A stretch of DNA of 64,000 nucleotides from Eubacteriales bacterium (GCA_045646925.1 JAZRLQ010000012.1:1110-65109), one strand, 5' to 3'. Shown: positions 1 through 10,120, numbered from the stretch's first letter. Notes: generated from the letters alone by a model not told the origin. Program-made: numbers and translations.

Positions 1-1548
1 ATAAACGGGAACGATACCGTTTTCCATGCGGATGTTATATACGTCGATTTCGGGGCAGTTCCAAAGCTTTGCGATGAACTTATCGGAAACACCCATCTTC
101 TTTGCTACCTTCAGAACGGCAACGTTCTTCACGTTCGCTTTAAGATCGTTTTCCATAAGGACGATGTTCTTGATCTTTTCGATGAAGAGCATATCGATCT
201 TGGTCGCGTCGCAGATATGGCTGACGTCAACGTCGCGGCGGAGCAGCTCTGCGATCGCATACATACGGTCGTCGGTTGCCAGGGGCAGATATTTCATCAG
301 ATCTTCGTTGTTCCAGCTGTCGAACTTCGCCATATGGAAGTGGCAAACGCCGATTTCGAGAGAACGAGCCGCTTTGAGCAGACATTCCTCGAGCGTTCTG
401 CCAAGGCTCATGACCTCGCCCGTCGCCTTCATCTGTGTGGAAAGGCTATTGTTTGCGGTCTGGAATTTATCGAACGGGAATCGAGGAAGCTTTGCTACAA
501 CGTAGTCAAGCGTGGGCTCGCAAGCCGCGGGCATAGCGCCGAGCATGATCTCGTCGAGAGTCATACCGACCGCGATCTTCGCGGTAACGCGCGCGATCGG
601 ATAACCGCTGGCTTTGGAAGCGAGCGCGGAGGAACGGGAAACGCGGGGGTTTACCTCGATCAGATAATACTGGAAGGAGTGCGGGTCGAGCGCGAACTGT
701 ACGTTACAGCCGCCTTCTACCTTGAGCTCGCGGATGATCTTCAACGCGCTTTCCTTCAGCATAGCGCATTCCTTGCTGGTCAGCGTCTGGCTGGGACAAA
801 CAACGATGGAGTCACCGGTATGAATACCAACGGGGTCCACGTTCTCCATATTACAGATTGCGATCGCCGTATCGTTGGCGTCGCGCATAACTTCGTATTC
901 AATTTCTTTGTAACCCTTGATGCTCTTTTCGACGAGAACCTCGGATACGGGAGAAAGCTTCAGACCGTTCTTCAGAAGCTCGCGGCATTCTTCGGGATTG
1001 TCGGCAAAGCCACCTCCCGTACCGCCAAGCGTAAACGCAGGACGAAGAACGACGGGATAGCCGATTTTTTCAGCCGCTTCAAGACCTTCTTCGATGGTGT
1101 GCGCGATCAAGGAAGGAAGAACGGGCTCGCCGAGATCTTCGCAAAGCTTTTTGAAGCCTTCTCTGTCTTCGGCTCTTTCAATGCTTTCGCTGCTCGTACC
1201 GAGAAGCTCAACGCCGCATTCACGGAGGATGCCCTTCTTTTCGAGCTGCATTGCAAGGTTCAGACCCGTCTGACCGCCGATACCGGGAACGATAGCGTCG
1301 GGACGTTCGTAGCGGAGGATCTTTGCGATATATTCGAGATTCAGAGGCTCCATATAAATTTTGTCAGCGATCGTCGTATCCGTCATGATCGTCGCGGGGT
1401 TGGAATTACAAAGAACGACCTCGTAGCCCTCTTCTCTCAAAGCAAGACAAGCCTGCGTACCTGCGTAGTCGAATTCCGCAGCCTGTCCGATAACGATCGG
1501 ACCGGAGCCGATCACCAGAATTTTCTTTAAGTCAGTTCTTTTTGGCAT
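1..1548 (-). CDS. carB: carbamoyl-phosphate synthase large subunit, N-terminal part (gene runs off the window start)
   Basis: Absent from the ORF track because it has no in-window stop. The reverse complement from the ATG at 1548-1546 reads [46 protein letters not shown]..., the canonical CarB ATP-grasp N-terminus. It begins 2 nt after the carA stop. The + strand ORFs 26..505 and 217..1530 are its antisense shadows. Confidence 0.93.
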   Translation of the reverse strand, partial: MPKRTDLKKILVIGSGPIVIGQAAEFDYAGTQACLALREEGYEVVLCNSNPATIMTDTTIADKIYMEPLNLEYIAKILRYERPDAIVPGIGGQTGLNLAMQLEKKGILRECGVELLGTSSESIERAEDREGFKKLCEDLGEPVLPSLIAHTIEEGLEAAEKIGYPVVLRPAFTLGGTGGGFADNPEECRELLKNGLKLSPVSEVLVEKSIKGYKEIEYEVMRDANDTAIAICNMENVDPVGIHTGDSIVVCPSQTLTSKECAMLKESALKIIRELKVEGGCNVQFALDPHSFQYYLIEVNPRVSRSSALASKASGYPIARVTAKIAVGMTLDEIMLGAMPAACEPTLDYVVAKLPRFPFDKFQTANNSLSTQMKATGEVMSLGRTLEECLLKAARSLEIGVCHFHMAKFDSWNNEDLMKYLPLATDDRMYAIAELLRRDVDVSHICDATKIDMLFIEKIKNIVLMENDLKANVKNVAVLKVAKKMGVSDKFIAKLWNCPEIDVYNIRMENGIVPVY

Positions 1549-1549
1549 A

Positions 1550-2638
1550 TTACTTGTCCTCCTTCATAAGAGCGATGAACGCTTCATAAAAACCTACGCC
1601 GCCGCGCGGACCGCTCATGGTATCGGGATGATACTGAATGGTGAATACGCGGTCTTCTTTGCAGCAGAGACCCTCAATCGTGTCGTCGGTGATGTCGAGG
1701 TGCGTTACCTTCAGACCGGTCGCATCCACGCTCATGGGGTCAACTGCGTAATTGTGATTCTGCGTAAACGTACGGATGGTGTTCGTTACCAGATTTCTGA
1801 TGGGATGGTTGCAGCCGTGATGTCCGCAATTCATCTTGTATACTTTTGCACCGTAAGCAAGAGCGACGAGCTGATGTCCGAGGCCCACGCCAACGATGGG
1901 ATATTTGCCCTTCAACGCCTTGATCAGCTCAATGACCTCGGGAACGTCCTCGGGGTTGCCGGGACCTTCGGAAATGAGGATCGCGTCGGGATTCATCTTT
2001 TCAACATCGTTTACGGTGGAGTTGTAAGGCATGACCGTTACGTTGCAGCCGAGATCGTTGAGCGTACGGATCACGCTGAGGCGCGCGCCGCAGTCGATAG
2101 CAACGACGTTATATTTTGCGTTTGCGGTACGAGCGTACCAACGCTTACGGCAGCTTACTTTGGAAACCGCGTTCGTGGGGATATCCGCCAACGCGATCAT
2201 AGCAAGCGCTTTTTCCTTGGGAGTGTCTGCAGAGGTGATGAGCGCCTTGCAGGAGCCGTTATCGCGAATCTTTCTCGTGAGCTCACGGGTGTCGAATCCT
2301 TCAATACCGGGAATGTCGCTTTCTTCCATCGTTTCCGCCAAGGTCTTCGTATAACGGAAGTTGGAAGGAAGGTCGTTGTATTCGCGTACAACGAGCGCGC
2401 CGCAGGTCAGCGCCTTGGATTCGTAGTCTTCGTCTGCCATACCGTAGTTACCGATCAGGGTATACGTCATCACAACCATCTGGTTTGTGTACGAAGGATC
2501 GGAAATGATTTCCTGATAGCCTACCATGGACGTGTCGAAAACAATTTCGCATACGCGATCAACGTCCGCGCCGAAGCCGTAGCCGTAGTATTCGCTTCCG
2601 TCCGCAAGGACGATCTTTTTGTTTATTTGCTTTGCCAT
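1550..2638 (-). CDS. carA: carbamoyl-phosphate synthase small (glutaminase-type) subunit; nucleophile Cys replaced by Gly
   Basis: 362 aa. The N-terminus [15 protein letters not shown]...[18 protein letters not shown] and the GATase domain ISEGPGNP...[28 protein letters not shown]...IQYHPD match CarA throughout. The motif that is GICLGHQ in E. coli and B. subtilis reads GVGLGHQ here (codon GGC at 1885-1883). Confidence 0.93.
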   Translation of the reverse strand: MAKQINKKIVLADGSEYYGYGFGADVDRVCEIVFDTSMVGYQEIISDPSYTNQMVVMTYTLIGNYGMADEDYESKALTCGALVVREYNDLPSNFRYTKTLAETMEESDIPGIEGFDTRELTRKIRDNGSCKALITSADTPKEKALAMIALADIPTNAVSKVSCRKRWYARTANAKYNVVAIDCGARLSVIRTLNDLGCNVTVMPYNSTVNDVEKMNPDAILISEGPGNPEDVPEVIELIKALKGKYPIVGVGLGHQLVALAYGAKVYKMNCGHHGCNHPIRNLVTNTIRTFTQNHNYAVDPMSVDATGLKVTHLDITDDTIEGLCCKEDRVFTIQYHPDTMSGPRGGVGFYEAFIALMKEDK

Positions 2639-3876
2639 ACCAAAGTTCCTCCATATATCGTCATTAAATTTTTGCCGTAAACGCTATCACCGTCGAACGG
2701 TGTGCTGCGTCCCTTGGAAAGAAACGCCGCAGGGTCGATCTTATAAGAAGCATCCAGATCCCAGACGCAATATCCGGGGTCGGACGTAATACCGAAACGC
2801 CTTCTCGGGTTCACGGAAAGCAGCTCCGTCAATTTTTCAAGCGTGAGTATGCCCGTACGCACAAGTCCCGTATACAGAACGGGGAATGCCGTTTCCAGAC
2901 CAACAACGCCCATCGCGCTCTTTTCAAGTCCGCGCGATTTTTCTTCCGCGCTGTGCGGCGCGTGGTCGGTTGCGACCATGTCGATCGTACCGTCCAGAAT
3001 ACCTTCAACGAGCGCTTTTCTGTCTGCGGGAGAACGAAGAGGAGGATTCATTTTGAATCTGCCGTTTTCCTGCAAGTGCGTATCGTCGAGGACCAGATAA
3101 TGCGGTCCCGTCTCGCAGGTCACGTTCACGCCGCTCTTCTTTGCGTCTCTGATGAGAGAAACGCTTTCCTTCGTGGAGATGTGGCAAACGTGATACGCGC
3201 AGCCCGTCTGCTCTGCCAAAGCGAGATCGCGCTCGATCTGCTTCCATTCGCTTTCCGAACAGATACCTCTGTGGCCGTGCGCTTTCGCATAAGCGCCGTC
3301 GTGGATATAACCGCCTCTCAGAAGAGAGTTGTCCTCACAGTGCGCCGCGATGATCTTTCCGAGCGCCTTCGCTCTTTCCATCGCTTCACGCATCATACCG
3401 GCATCCTGCACACCCTTTCCGTCGTCGGAGAAAGCCGCGACGTAAGGCGCGATCGCTTCCATGTCCGAAAATACTTTCCCATGCTCTCCGACCGTGATGG
3501 TACCGTAAGGATATACGGCGATCGTTGCTTTTTCAGCGATCGCTTTTCTCTGAATCTCCAGATTTTCCAGACTGTCGGGCGTGGGATTCAGATTCGGCAT
3601 GGTGCATACGGCAGTATAACCGCCGCGCGCCGCCGAAGCAGAGCCGCTGCGAATGTCCTCTTTGTATGAAAAACCCGGCTCACGGAAATGCACATGCACA
3701 TCACAAAAGCCGGGCAGAATAGCAACATTCTCAAATTTGAAAACAGAATCGCCGCCGCCCATAGCGCCGGTCATAAAAGAGAGATTTTTTCCGTCAAAAG
3801 AAGCATCGACCGTCTTCATTTCGCCGCATTCATATGTCTTGGCGTTCTTAAAAACAGTAATCATAATATCGACCAT
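2623..3876 (-). CDS. pyrC: dihydroorotase
   Basis: 417 aa. Motifs FCDVHVHFREPG (HxH metal site), NPPLR and VATDHAPH are present. It overlaps the carA start by 16 nt, consistent with an operon. The true start may be the ATG at 3864. Confidence 0.92.
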   Translation of the reverse strand: MVDIMITVFKNAKTYECGEMKTVDASFDGKNLSFMTGAMGGGDSVFKFENVAILPGFCDVHVHFREPGFSYKEDIRSGSASAARGGYTAVCTMPNLNPTPDSLENLEIQRKAIAEKATIAVYPYGTITVGEHGKVFSDMEAIAPYVAAFSDDGKGVQDAGMMREAMERAKALGKIIAAHCEDNSLLRGGYIHDGAYAKAHGHRGICSESEWKQIERDLALAEQTGCAYHVCHISTKESVSLIRDAKKSGVNVTCETGPHYLVLDDTHLQENGRFKMNPPLRSPADRKALVEGILDGTIDMVATDHAPHSAEEKSRGLEKSAMGVVGLETAFPVLYTGLVRTGILTLEKLTELLSVNPRRRFGITSDPGYCVWDLDASYKIDPAAFLSKGRSTPFDGDSVYGKNLMTIYGGTLVWQSK

Positions 3877-3975
3877 TCCTTTCGCAAAAATAACATCAAA
3901 TCACAAGAAGCGGATTTCATTTCTCATCGTAAGCACCGCATACGCGAAATTCCGCCTATATAATCTATTAAAAAA

Positions 3976-4004
3976 ATTATACCACAGCATAGAAAAAGTG
4001 TCAA
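3976..4004 (-). promoter_or_regulatory. sigmaA-type promoter of the pyrC-carA-carB operon
   Basis: The minus strand reads TTGACA (4004-3999), a 17-nt spacer, then TGgTATAAT (-10 at 3981-3976). A ~100-nt leader follows, containing a GCGGAATTTC...GAAATCCGC stem and then a T-rich run. Confidence 0.65.
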
Positions 4005-4100
4005 GATAATTGTTTTAAAAAAGGGGGAAAAATTTTAGCAAACTAAAAGCAGCCGCTCGTAAAAAATACACAAAAGCAAAAAGCGGACGAACCCAGCCGC

Positions 4101-4144
4101 AAAACAGCAAAAATGGCGTGTTACTCCGCAGAGTACCACGCCAT
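4101..4144 (-). terminator. intrinsic terminator after the DUF3048 lipoprotein gene
   Basis: Stem ATGGCGTG (4113-4120) pairs with CACGCCAT (4137-4144). The A-run at 4101-4113 gives a U-run on the minus strand. Confidence 0.6.
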
Positions 4145-4158
4145 GCAATATCACGCGA

Positions 4159-5433
4159 TCAATTCCAGAACCGACCGTCCGTCAGATAGGAATCGTCCAG
4201 ATAACCGATATACGTATTGCCCGTATTCATTTGAAGAACGCTTCCGTCCGGCTCCTCCAAATACAGATTCTCCCCGTCGGAGCTCCATCGGATCTCGATC
4301 ACTCTTCCGTCCGTAAAATAATAACCGTAGCCCTTTCCGCTCTCCCTCGTTTCCACGAGAGTCATGCTGGGATCACTCGCGATTCCCGTATTCACCGCCC
4401 TCACCTCTGTGAAAAGCGTGATCACATTGGTGAACGAAAGCTGCTTTCCCGTCTGCGCGTCAACGTGAGCCTGTCCATCCTGCAGACGCAGATATTTTCC
4501 TTCGGCGGCGCTATAAACATAGGAAACGCTTTTGACACTGTATGAATTTTCGCATTTGAATTTCAACGAGATCTGCGTAGCAGATGAAGCGCCGCTCATA
4601 TTCTTTTTCGTGCCGTATTCTACAAAATGCAGACTTTCCTTCGCTTTGCCGGAAAGAGTACCTTTTCCCTGCGTTTCAAAACGAGACTCGCCGGATTCGA
4701 TCAACGCCGTCAGTGCCGCAGGCTTGAATACGGTATCGTACGAAAGATCCTTCCGATCGCCGTAATGATCGATCGTGCCGTACAGATCGCCGTACGATTT
4801 CATGTAAAACCACTTTTCAAATTCGGTATCGATGTATCCCCATCTGCTTCCGTATCTCTGCGCCGCAAGCGTAAAGAAATCGTAATTGACGGTGGAAGAA
4901 CCGCCGTGGCATACGAGAACCGCGTTATGATAAGCGGCAAGATCCATATGATAATCCCTGCCAGAACGGATATTGCACACGCTGTCGAGCAATGTATAAT
5001 CCGAAGTCACCATCAGAAAGCGCGTAATTCCGGGCGCGACGAGCGCTTCATACAGAACGTCCGCTTGATCGAGTCCCGTCTGATTTTTGTACGAATTGGA
5101 AATATTGTCAACGACGATCGCGATCGGCCGTATCGCAGACGACGCATTGACCGCCGGCTCTCCCGTGAGAACGTTCAGAACCTTCTTCTCCGCTTGAATC
5201 GCGCCCCCGTTCTGCGAGGTCGATGATCCGTTTTGTGTCGCGCCCCCGTTATGATCCGCCGTGGGATCGTCCGGCACAGAAGCATTCTGCGACGTACCTC
5301 CGGGAAGTGTGGAGAGTGCGTGTCCCACGCCTGCGGAGCCGTTATTTTTACAGCCTGTAAAAGTCGTACATACGGATGTTGTCATCAGAGCAGCGAGCGC
5401 TGCGGCAACCAATCTTTTCGTTGCTTTTTTCAT
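4159..5433 (-). CDS. DUF3048-family secreted lipoprotein (YerB-like)
   Basis: 424 aa. It has a signal peptide with lipobox FTGC, a low-complexity linker, and then IRPIAIVVDNISNSYKNQTGLDQADVLYEALVAPGITRFLMV, which is typical of DUF3048 proteins. Confidence 0.72.
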   Translation of the reverse strand: MKKATKRLVAAALAALMTTSVCTTFTGCKNNGSAGVGHALSTLPGGTSQNASVPDDPTADHNGGATQNGSSTSQNGGAIQAEKKVLNVLTGEPAVNASSAIRPIAIVVDNISNSYKNQTGLDQADVLYEALVAPGITRFLMVTSDYTLLDSVCNIRSGRDYHMDLAAYHNAVLVCHGGSSTVNYDFFTLAAQRYGSRWGYIDTEFEKWFYMKSYGDLYGTIDHYGDRKDLSYDTVFKPAALTALIESGESRFETQGKGTLSGKAKESLHFVEYGTKKNMSGASSATQISLKFKCENSYSVKSVSYVYSAAEGKYLRLQDGQAHVDAQTGKQLSFTNVITLFTEVRAVNTGIASDPSMTLVETRESGKGYGYYFTDGRVIEIRWSSDGENLYLEEPDGSVLQMNTGNTYIGYLDDSYLTDGRFWN

Positions 5434-5510
5434 GTTTACACATTCCTTTCTTTTCGTTTATACCATAGAATTTTTCTTCCGTATCGAAAAGTCCGTCATC
5501 GTTTCATGCA

Positions 5511-5547
5511 AAAAATCCTGATCACTGATATGATTGTTATCATATCA
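5511..5547 (-). terminator. possible terminator or operator palindrome between tadA and the DUF3048 gene
   Basis: A perfect 9-bp inverted repeat, TGATATGAT (5526-5534) and ATCATATCA (5539-5547), has a 4-nt loop. On the minus strand a T6 run follows about 10 nt later, which is a poor fit to a canonical terminator. Confidence 0.35.
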
Positions 5548-5591
5548 CATCCATATCGAATTGTCAAATATTTCCTTTTTCTGTTTTTCTT

Positions 5592-6092
5592 TTATTTTTC
5601 GTTGTTTTCGAGCGCTTCTTCCGTTTTCTTGCGTTTTCTGCGCGCACGAAGCTCGGAAAAGAACGAAGAAAGAAGCTCGGAACACTCCTTTTCCATCAAT
5701 CCCGAAAAGATCTCAGGCTTATGATTGAGGCCAAACGTATTCATATCGAAAAGCGTTCCGAATGCGCCCGCCTTTTTGTCGTAAGCGCCGTAATATACGG
5801 ATACGATCCTTGCATTGATGATCGCGCCCGCGCACATGGGGCAAGGCTCCATCGTCACGTACATTTCGCAACCGGGCAAACGCCAACCGCCGAGCTTTTT
5901 GCAAGCGCGGTGGATCGCCTTGACCTCCGCGTGACAAAGCGCGTTTTTCCCCGTTTCTCTCGTATTGTAAGCGCGCGAAATGATCTCACCGTTGCGAACG
6001 ATCACCGCGCCTACAGGAACCTCTCCCTTTGCGGCGGCTTTCTTCGCCTGTTTGATGGCCTCGCGCATAAATTTTTCAGCATTCTCATTCAT
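5592..6092 (-). CDS. tadA: tRNA-specific adenosine deaminase
   Basis: 166 aa. CHAEVKAI and PCPMCAGA are the zinc-binding CDA motifs. A basic C-terminal tail is present. Confidence 0.92.
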   Translation of the reverse strand: MNENAEKFMREAIKQAKKAAAKGEVPVGAVIVRNGEIISRAYNTRETGKNALCHAEVKAIHRACKKLGGWRLPGCEMYVTMEPCPMCAGAIINARIVSVYYGAYDKKAGAFGTLFDMNTFGLNHKPEIFSGLMEKECSELLSSFFSELRARRKRKKTEEALENNEK

Positions 6093-6137
6093 ATCGGATA
6101 ACCTCTTTTATTATATGAAACAATATTTTTAAAACAC

Positions 6138-7010
6138 TCAGGCGGGTTGGAGCAAAATCTGTATTGCCGCAGAAAGAACCACGAAAAGAATCGTCGGAAC
6201 CGTCCAGAAATAAGCCGACGGGATCGCCCTTTCGTCATCATTTTCAAAAAATGCACGCATATTCTCCTTCAAATAAGGAAGCCCCGCCGCAGAAAGCAGA
6301 ACGCATACGATCAATCCACCCTGCATCAAAGGCACGTAGTCCTCCGGCATATACGTGGTGACTGCCGTCTCGAGAAAACGAAACGCTTTGCAAAGAAAGC
6401 TGATACCGATCACCATCGAAAGCGAATTCGTCGCCATATACGCCATACTCATCAGAAGCCCCGTCACGAAATAGAGCGGAAAGCCTTCGACGGAAAAATG
6501 CATGAGCGCAAACACGAGCGCTGACATCAATACGGCAAGCGAAGCGCGAAATATGCGCATACAATGCATGAAAAATCCACGAAAAAACAATTCCTCCGCA
6601 ATGGCAGGAATCAAGGTCGAAAACAAAAACAGAAACAGAAGCTTCGTTGCCGTCATGTTGGGATCCGCTTCAAAGGGTTCGATCACAGAAGGAAACACGG
6701 AGGCATAGAGGATCTGTATGATCACGATCACGCCGAAGGTAGAGAGCATGAGCGCCAACCGCTTATTCAATCCCGCGTCTTGTGAAAAGGAAGGAAGAGA
6801 GATCTCCGTACGGCGAATTTTCCAAACACCCCAGATCAAAGGCAGAACGTAAGCCGCAAACAAAACGACGCCCGAGATCATCTGATCCGAAACGCCTTCC
6901 TTCTGCGACCACAGTGAAAACGCCATACGCACCAGCATCGAAAACAACAGCGCGCAACCAAGCAATTCCGAAACCCGAACCGCGTCTTTTCTATCGTAAT
7001 CCATTTTCAT
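6138..7010 (-). CDS. CPBP-family intramembrane glutamic endopeptidase (CAAX protease-like)
   Basis: 290 aa, multi-TM. AIAEELFFRGF and FALMHF motifs are present. Confidence 0.8.
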   Translation of the reverse strand: MKMDYDRKDAVRVSELLGCALLFSMLVRMAFSLWSQKEGVSDQMISGVVLFAAYVLPLIWGVWKIRRTEISLPSFSQDAGLNKRLALMLSTFGVIVIIQILYASVFPSVIEPFEADPNMTATKLLFLFLFSTLIPAIAEELFFRGFFMHCMRIFRASLAVLMSALVFALMHFSVEGFPLYFVTGLLMSMAYMATNSLSMVIGISFLCKAFRFLETAVTTYMPEDYVPLMQGGLIVCVLLSAAGLPYLKENMRAFFENDDERAIPSAYFWTVPTILFVVLSAAIQILLQPA

Positions 7011-7162
7011 CCCACCTTTTCTGAAAAATATGGTTCAGTATACCATATTGATCCGAAAAATGCAATATTCTCAAAGATTTTCATCGGATTTCGCACAAAA
7101 AACTGCGATCTTACTCTTTTCATGGCGCTTTTCCTCCTCCATATCGCATATAGATTCATCCG

Positions 7163-7208
7163 ATAAACAAAACAGCGTACCCCTCTTTTGAGAGATACGC
7201 TGTTTTTT
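7163..7208 (-). terminator. intrinsic terminator after the YitT-family gene
   Basis: Stem ACAGCGTA (7172-7179) pairs with TACGCTGT (7196-7203), flanked by an A-run upstream and a T-run downstream. Confidence 0.6.
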
Positions 7209-7216
7209 CAGACACT

Positions 7217-8212
7217 TTATTTTTCCGCGTTTTGTTTTCTGCGTTTTTTGGGTTCAATGGCAACGTCGGCAATACCTGCCTTGAAGCCCTGGCCGATCGT
7301 TTCCTCCGCTTCGGAAAGGATCATGAACGCATTCTCGTCGATCGAGCGCACCAAGGTCTTGAGCGGGAAGATCTCGTTCTTCTTTACAACGCAAAGAATA
7401 ACCTTTTTATCGCCCTTTGTGTACCAGCCCGTACCGTCAAGCACGGTCACACCGCGGCGGATCTTTTTCATAACCTCGTCGGCGATCTCCTCGTAACGAT
7501 CGGAGAAGATGTACGCCATCTTCGTCTTATCGAAGCCGGAGTTCATGAACTCAAGCATACTGGAGAACATAAACGTCGCAAGGAAGGAGAACAGAATAGA
7601 AACGTAGCACGCGTAAACGGCTTCTTTATTAAAGTCTGCCGCCGTGGGCACGCCGTCCGCAAAAAAGGTGGTGAAGAAGGAAGAGAACACGATAACGATG
7701 ATATCGATCGCGAGCAACAGACGGGGTGTGGAGATCTTCGGGAAAGGAACCTTGACGAGAAAAGCCGCAAGGTCGGATCCGCCCGTCGTATAACCTCTGA
7801 CGAACATGAAGGAAACCGCGATACCGATCACGATACCGCCGAACAACGCGCAAAGGATCGTATTTTCTTCGGGATTTGCAAAGGGACACTGGAAAATGCC
7901 CATCATATCCGTCAAGTCCACGAAAACGGACGAAACGATAATACCGATGACCGCCTTGACGCAATAACGGAAGCCATAAAAATACCAGAACAGCAAAACG
8001 AGCGGAACGTTGATCAAAAAGATCATAAGACCCGTCGGCAGATCGAACAGAATGTTGAGCGCCGTCGCGATCGCGCCCGCGCCGCCGATAAAGATCTCGC
8101 CGGGAACGAAGAACATATTGTAAGCGACGCCGAACAGAATACCGCTGGCAAACAAATAGCCGATATCCAGCAGAAGCTCACGGAGCTTTTTGGGATTTCT
8201 CTTATTTTCCAT
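7217..8212 (-). CDS. YitT-family membrane protein with C-terminal DUF2179 domain
   Basis: 331 aa. Five or six TM segments are followed by VTVLDGTGWYTKGDKKVILCVVKKNEIFPLKTLVRSIDENAFMILSEAEETIGQGF, a DUF2179-type domain. Confidence 0.85.
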   Translation of the reverse strand: MENKRNPKKLRELLLDIGYLFASGILFGVAYNMFFVPGEIFIGGAGAIATALNILFDLPTGLMIFLINVPLVLLFWYFYGFRYCVKAVIGIIVSSVFVDLTDMMGIFQCPFANPEENTILCALFGGIVIGIAVSFMFVRGYTTGGSDLAAFLVKVPFPKISTPRLLLAIDIIVIVFSSFFTTFFADGVPTAADFNKEAVYACYVSILFSFLATFMFSSMLEFMNSGFDKTKMAYIFSDRYEEIADEVMKKIRRGVTVLDGTGWYTKGDKKVILCVVKKNEIFPLKTLVRSIDENAFMILSEAEETIGQGFKAGIADVAIEPKKRRKQNAEK

Positions 8213-8326
8213 AAAAAATACCTCCTGCCGCGCACTCGCGGCAAATCATTTTGAGTTTTCGGATAAAACTTACGAATAGCAAGCAAAACACGGGAATATA
8301 CATGAAAAAAATGAAAAACGAAAGGA

Positions 8327-9889
8327 TTGACAAGAAACTTGAAAAGAGTCAGACGTTTTTTTCTGAATGCCGCGCTTCTCGGCGCAACCACGATCTTCAT
8401 GAGAAGCATTGCCGTTATATTCAACGCCTATATTTCCGGAAAGATCGGCGCGGAGGGCATGGGCTTATATTCACTGATCACGAGCGTTTACGGCTTTGCC
8501 GTCACGCTTGCCACGTCGGGAATCAGTCTCGCCGTCGTGCGTCTGGTTTCGGAGGAGCTCAGTAGATCCGAAGGCAAAGGAGTGATCACCGCCATGCGAA
8601 AATGCGTGGGGTACGCCTTGGCTTTCGGCCTTTCCGCTTTCTCCATTCTTTTTTTCGGCGCTGAATTTATCTCCGAGCATATTCTGCAGGATTCCAGAAC
8701 CTATCTGTCACTGCGCGTATTTTCGATCGCACTTCCCTTCATTGCTCTGTCCAACGTATTTTCCGGCTATTTCAACGCCGTTCGCCGCGTCTACAAAAGC
8801 GCATCGGCAAGCATCGCGGAGCAATTCGTCAAGATCGCGCTGACCGTTGCGCTGCTGCGCTCACTTCTCCCGAAAGGGATCGAATACGGCGCGTTGGCAT
8901 TGGTTCTCGGCACGGCGATCGCAGAAGCGCTCTCCTTCTTCTACCTGCTGATCTTCTATATCCTCGACAAGAAAAAATACATACGGGCGAAAAAAGCCCT
9001 TATCGACCCGACGATGAAGGAAAGAATGCTTCGCATTTCCCTGCCGATCGCGTTTTCCTCGTATCTGCGTTCCGGTCTTGTCACCATTCAGCATATACTG
9101 ATCCCGATCGGACTTCGAAAGCACGGCGCAGATTACGGCACGGCGCTCGCCTCATACGGAACGATTCACGGAATGGTCTTTCCGCTGATCCTCTTCCCCT
9201 CCGCCGTCTGCTCCACGTTCTCGGGATTGATCGTCCCCGAGCTTTCGGAGCTTGCGGCAAAATACGGAAGCGTTCGCCGTAATCGGCACATCTGCTATAT
9301 CGTACGTCGGGCGCTTTCTCTTGCCACGATTTTCGGCATAGGATGCGCGGGAATTCTCATATGCTTTGCGGAACCCCTCGGCATTCTCGTATACAAAAGC
9401 GCGGAAGCCGCGAAATACATCCGTATTTTCGCGCCCCTCGTCCCCGTTATGTATCTCGACACCACCGTGGACGGAATGCTCAAGGGTCTGGGCCAACAAT
9501 TGCATTCCATGTTCTACAACATCATCGACGCTTCCCTCAGCGTGCTTCTCGTTTGGTCGCTCATGCCTGAGATCGGACTTTACGGCTACGTCATCTGCGT
9601 TTTCGTCACAGAGCTGATCAATCTCGCGTTCAGTCTGACGAGGCTGCTTACCATAACGGAAGCAAAGCTTCCTGTTCCGAAAGCCGTTCTTTGTCCTCTC
9701 GTCTGCATAGCGGGCGCGACTGCGCTTTCCATGATCGTCACGCATTGGTTTCCGACAAGCTACAGCAACGCCGTTTTCACCGTTGCGGGCATTCTTCTCT
9801 CAGTTATTTTTTATATCACGCTGCTTCGCGCAACGGGCGGTCTGTCAAAGGAAGACAGTCTTTGGTTCCGCAGCATCTTCAAAAAATAA
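8327..9889 (+). CDS. spoVB: MOP/MurJ-superfamily flippase, SpoVB-like (stage V sporulation protein B / polysaccharide biosynthesis protein)
   Basis: About 516-520 aa and about 14 TM segments. The N-terminus RRFFLNAALLGATTIFMRSIAVIFNAYISGKIGAEGMGLYSL is typical of SpoVB/MurJ-like proteins. The track start at 8327 is a TTG directly abutting AAAGGA. The TTG at 8339, 12 nt after that RBS, is the more likely start. Confidence 0.78.
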   Translation: MTRNLKRVRRFFLNAALLGATTIFMRSIAVIFNAYISGKIGAEGMGLYSLITSVYGFAVTLATSGISLAVVRLVSEELSRSEGKGVITAMRKCVGYALAFGLSAFSILFFGAEFISEHILQDSRTYLSLRVFSIALPFIALSNVFSGYFNAVRRVYKSASASIAEQFVKIALTVALLRSLLPKGIEYGALALVLGTAIAEALSFFYLLIFYILDKKKYIRAKKALIDPTMKERMLRISLPIAFSSYLRSGLVTIQHILIPIGLRKHGADYGTALASYGTIHGMVFPLILFPSAVCSTFSGLIVPELSELAAKYGSVRRNRHICYIVRRALSLATIFGIGCAGILICFAEPLGILVYKSAEAAKYIRIFAPLVPVMYLDTTVDGMLKGLGQQLHSMFYNIIDASLSVLLVWSLMPEIGLYGYVICVFVTELINLAFSLTRLLTITEAKLPVPKAVLCPLVCIAGATALSMIVTHWFPTSYSNAVFTVAGILLSVIFYITLLRATGGLSKEDSLWFRSIFKK

Positions 9890-10056
9890 TCGAAGCCGAA
9901 TTTCTTGCTTCTATTATAGCACATACTAAAAATAAGGTCAAGTCCATCCTTCACAAAAAGAGAAAGAAGATTTTTGACGTTTTTCACAAGTTTCTATCGA
10001 CAGAAAAATCGCAGTGTCAATTCCTCGAAGCTTCTCTCGGATAAATCAAAAAAGAC

Positions 10057-10085
10057 TTGAAAACGAATTCAGTTTATGATATAAT
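10057..10085 (+). promoter_or_regulatory. sigmaA-type promoter of the DtxR/MntR-family repressor gene
   Basis: TTGAAA (10057-10062), a 17-nt spacer, then TGaTATAAT (-10 at 10080-10085). Confidence 0.6.
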
Positions 10086-10120
10086 GATTCAATAATAACA
10101 CTCACAAAGGAATGTATGTC

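Noticed and set aside
217-1530. A 437-aa plus-strand ORF, together with similar long ORFs at 1628..2680, 15284..16612, 17543..19441, 22656..24803, 24757..27303, 31287..32768, 34092..36149, 37614..38834, 42634..43614, 44468..45862, 49150..51534 and 57701..59869.
   Set aside because: Each lies antisense to a gene with unmistakable conserved motifs (carB, carA, gdhA, ftsH, uvrB, GH94-like, yloV, glpK, nrnA, MFS, purF-like, GH2, nrdD). Their translations are Arg/Gly/His/Val-rich and low in complexity, with no recognisable motifs. They are shadow ORFs caused by codon bias.
3877-3975. A PyrR-binding attenuator or UTP-sensing T-tract in the pyr leader.
   Set aside because: The T6 run lies between the -10 and the likely +1 rather than in the initially transcribed region. 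I do not see the PyrR binding loop consensus (ARUCCAGAGAGGCU). Only a generic stem plus T-rich run is present.
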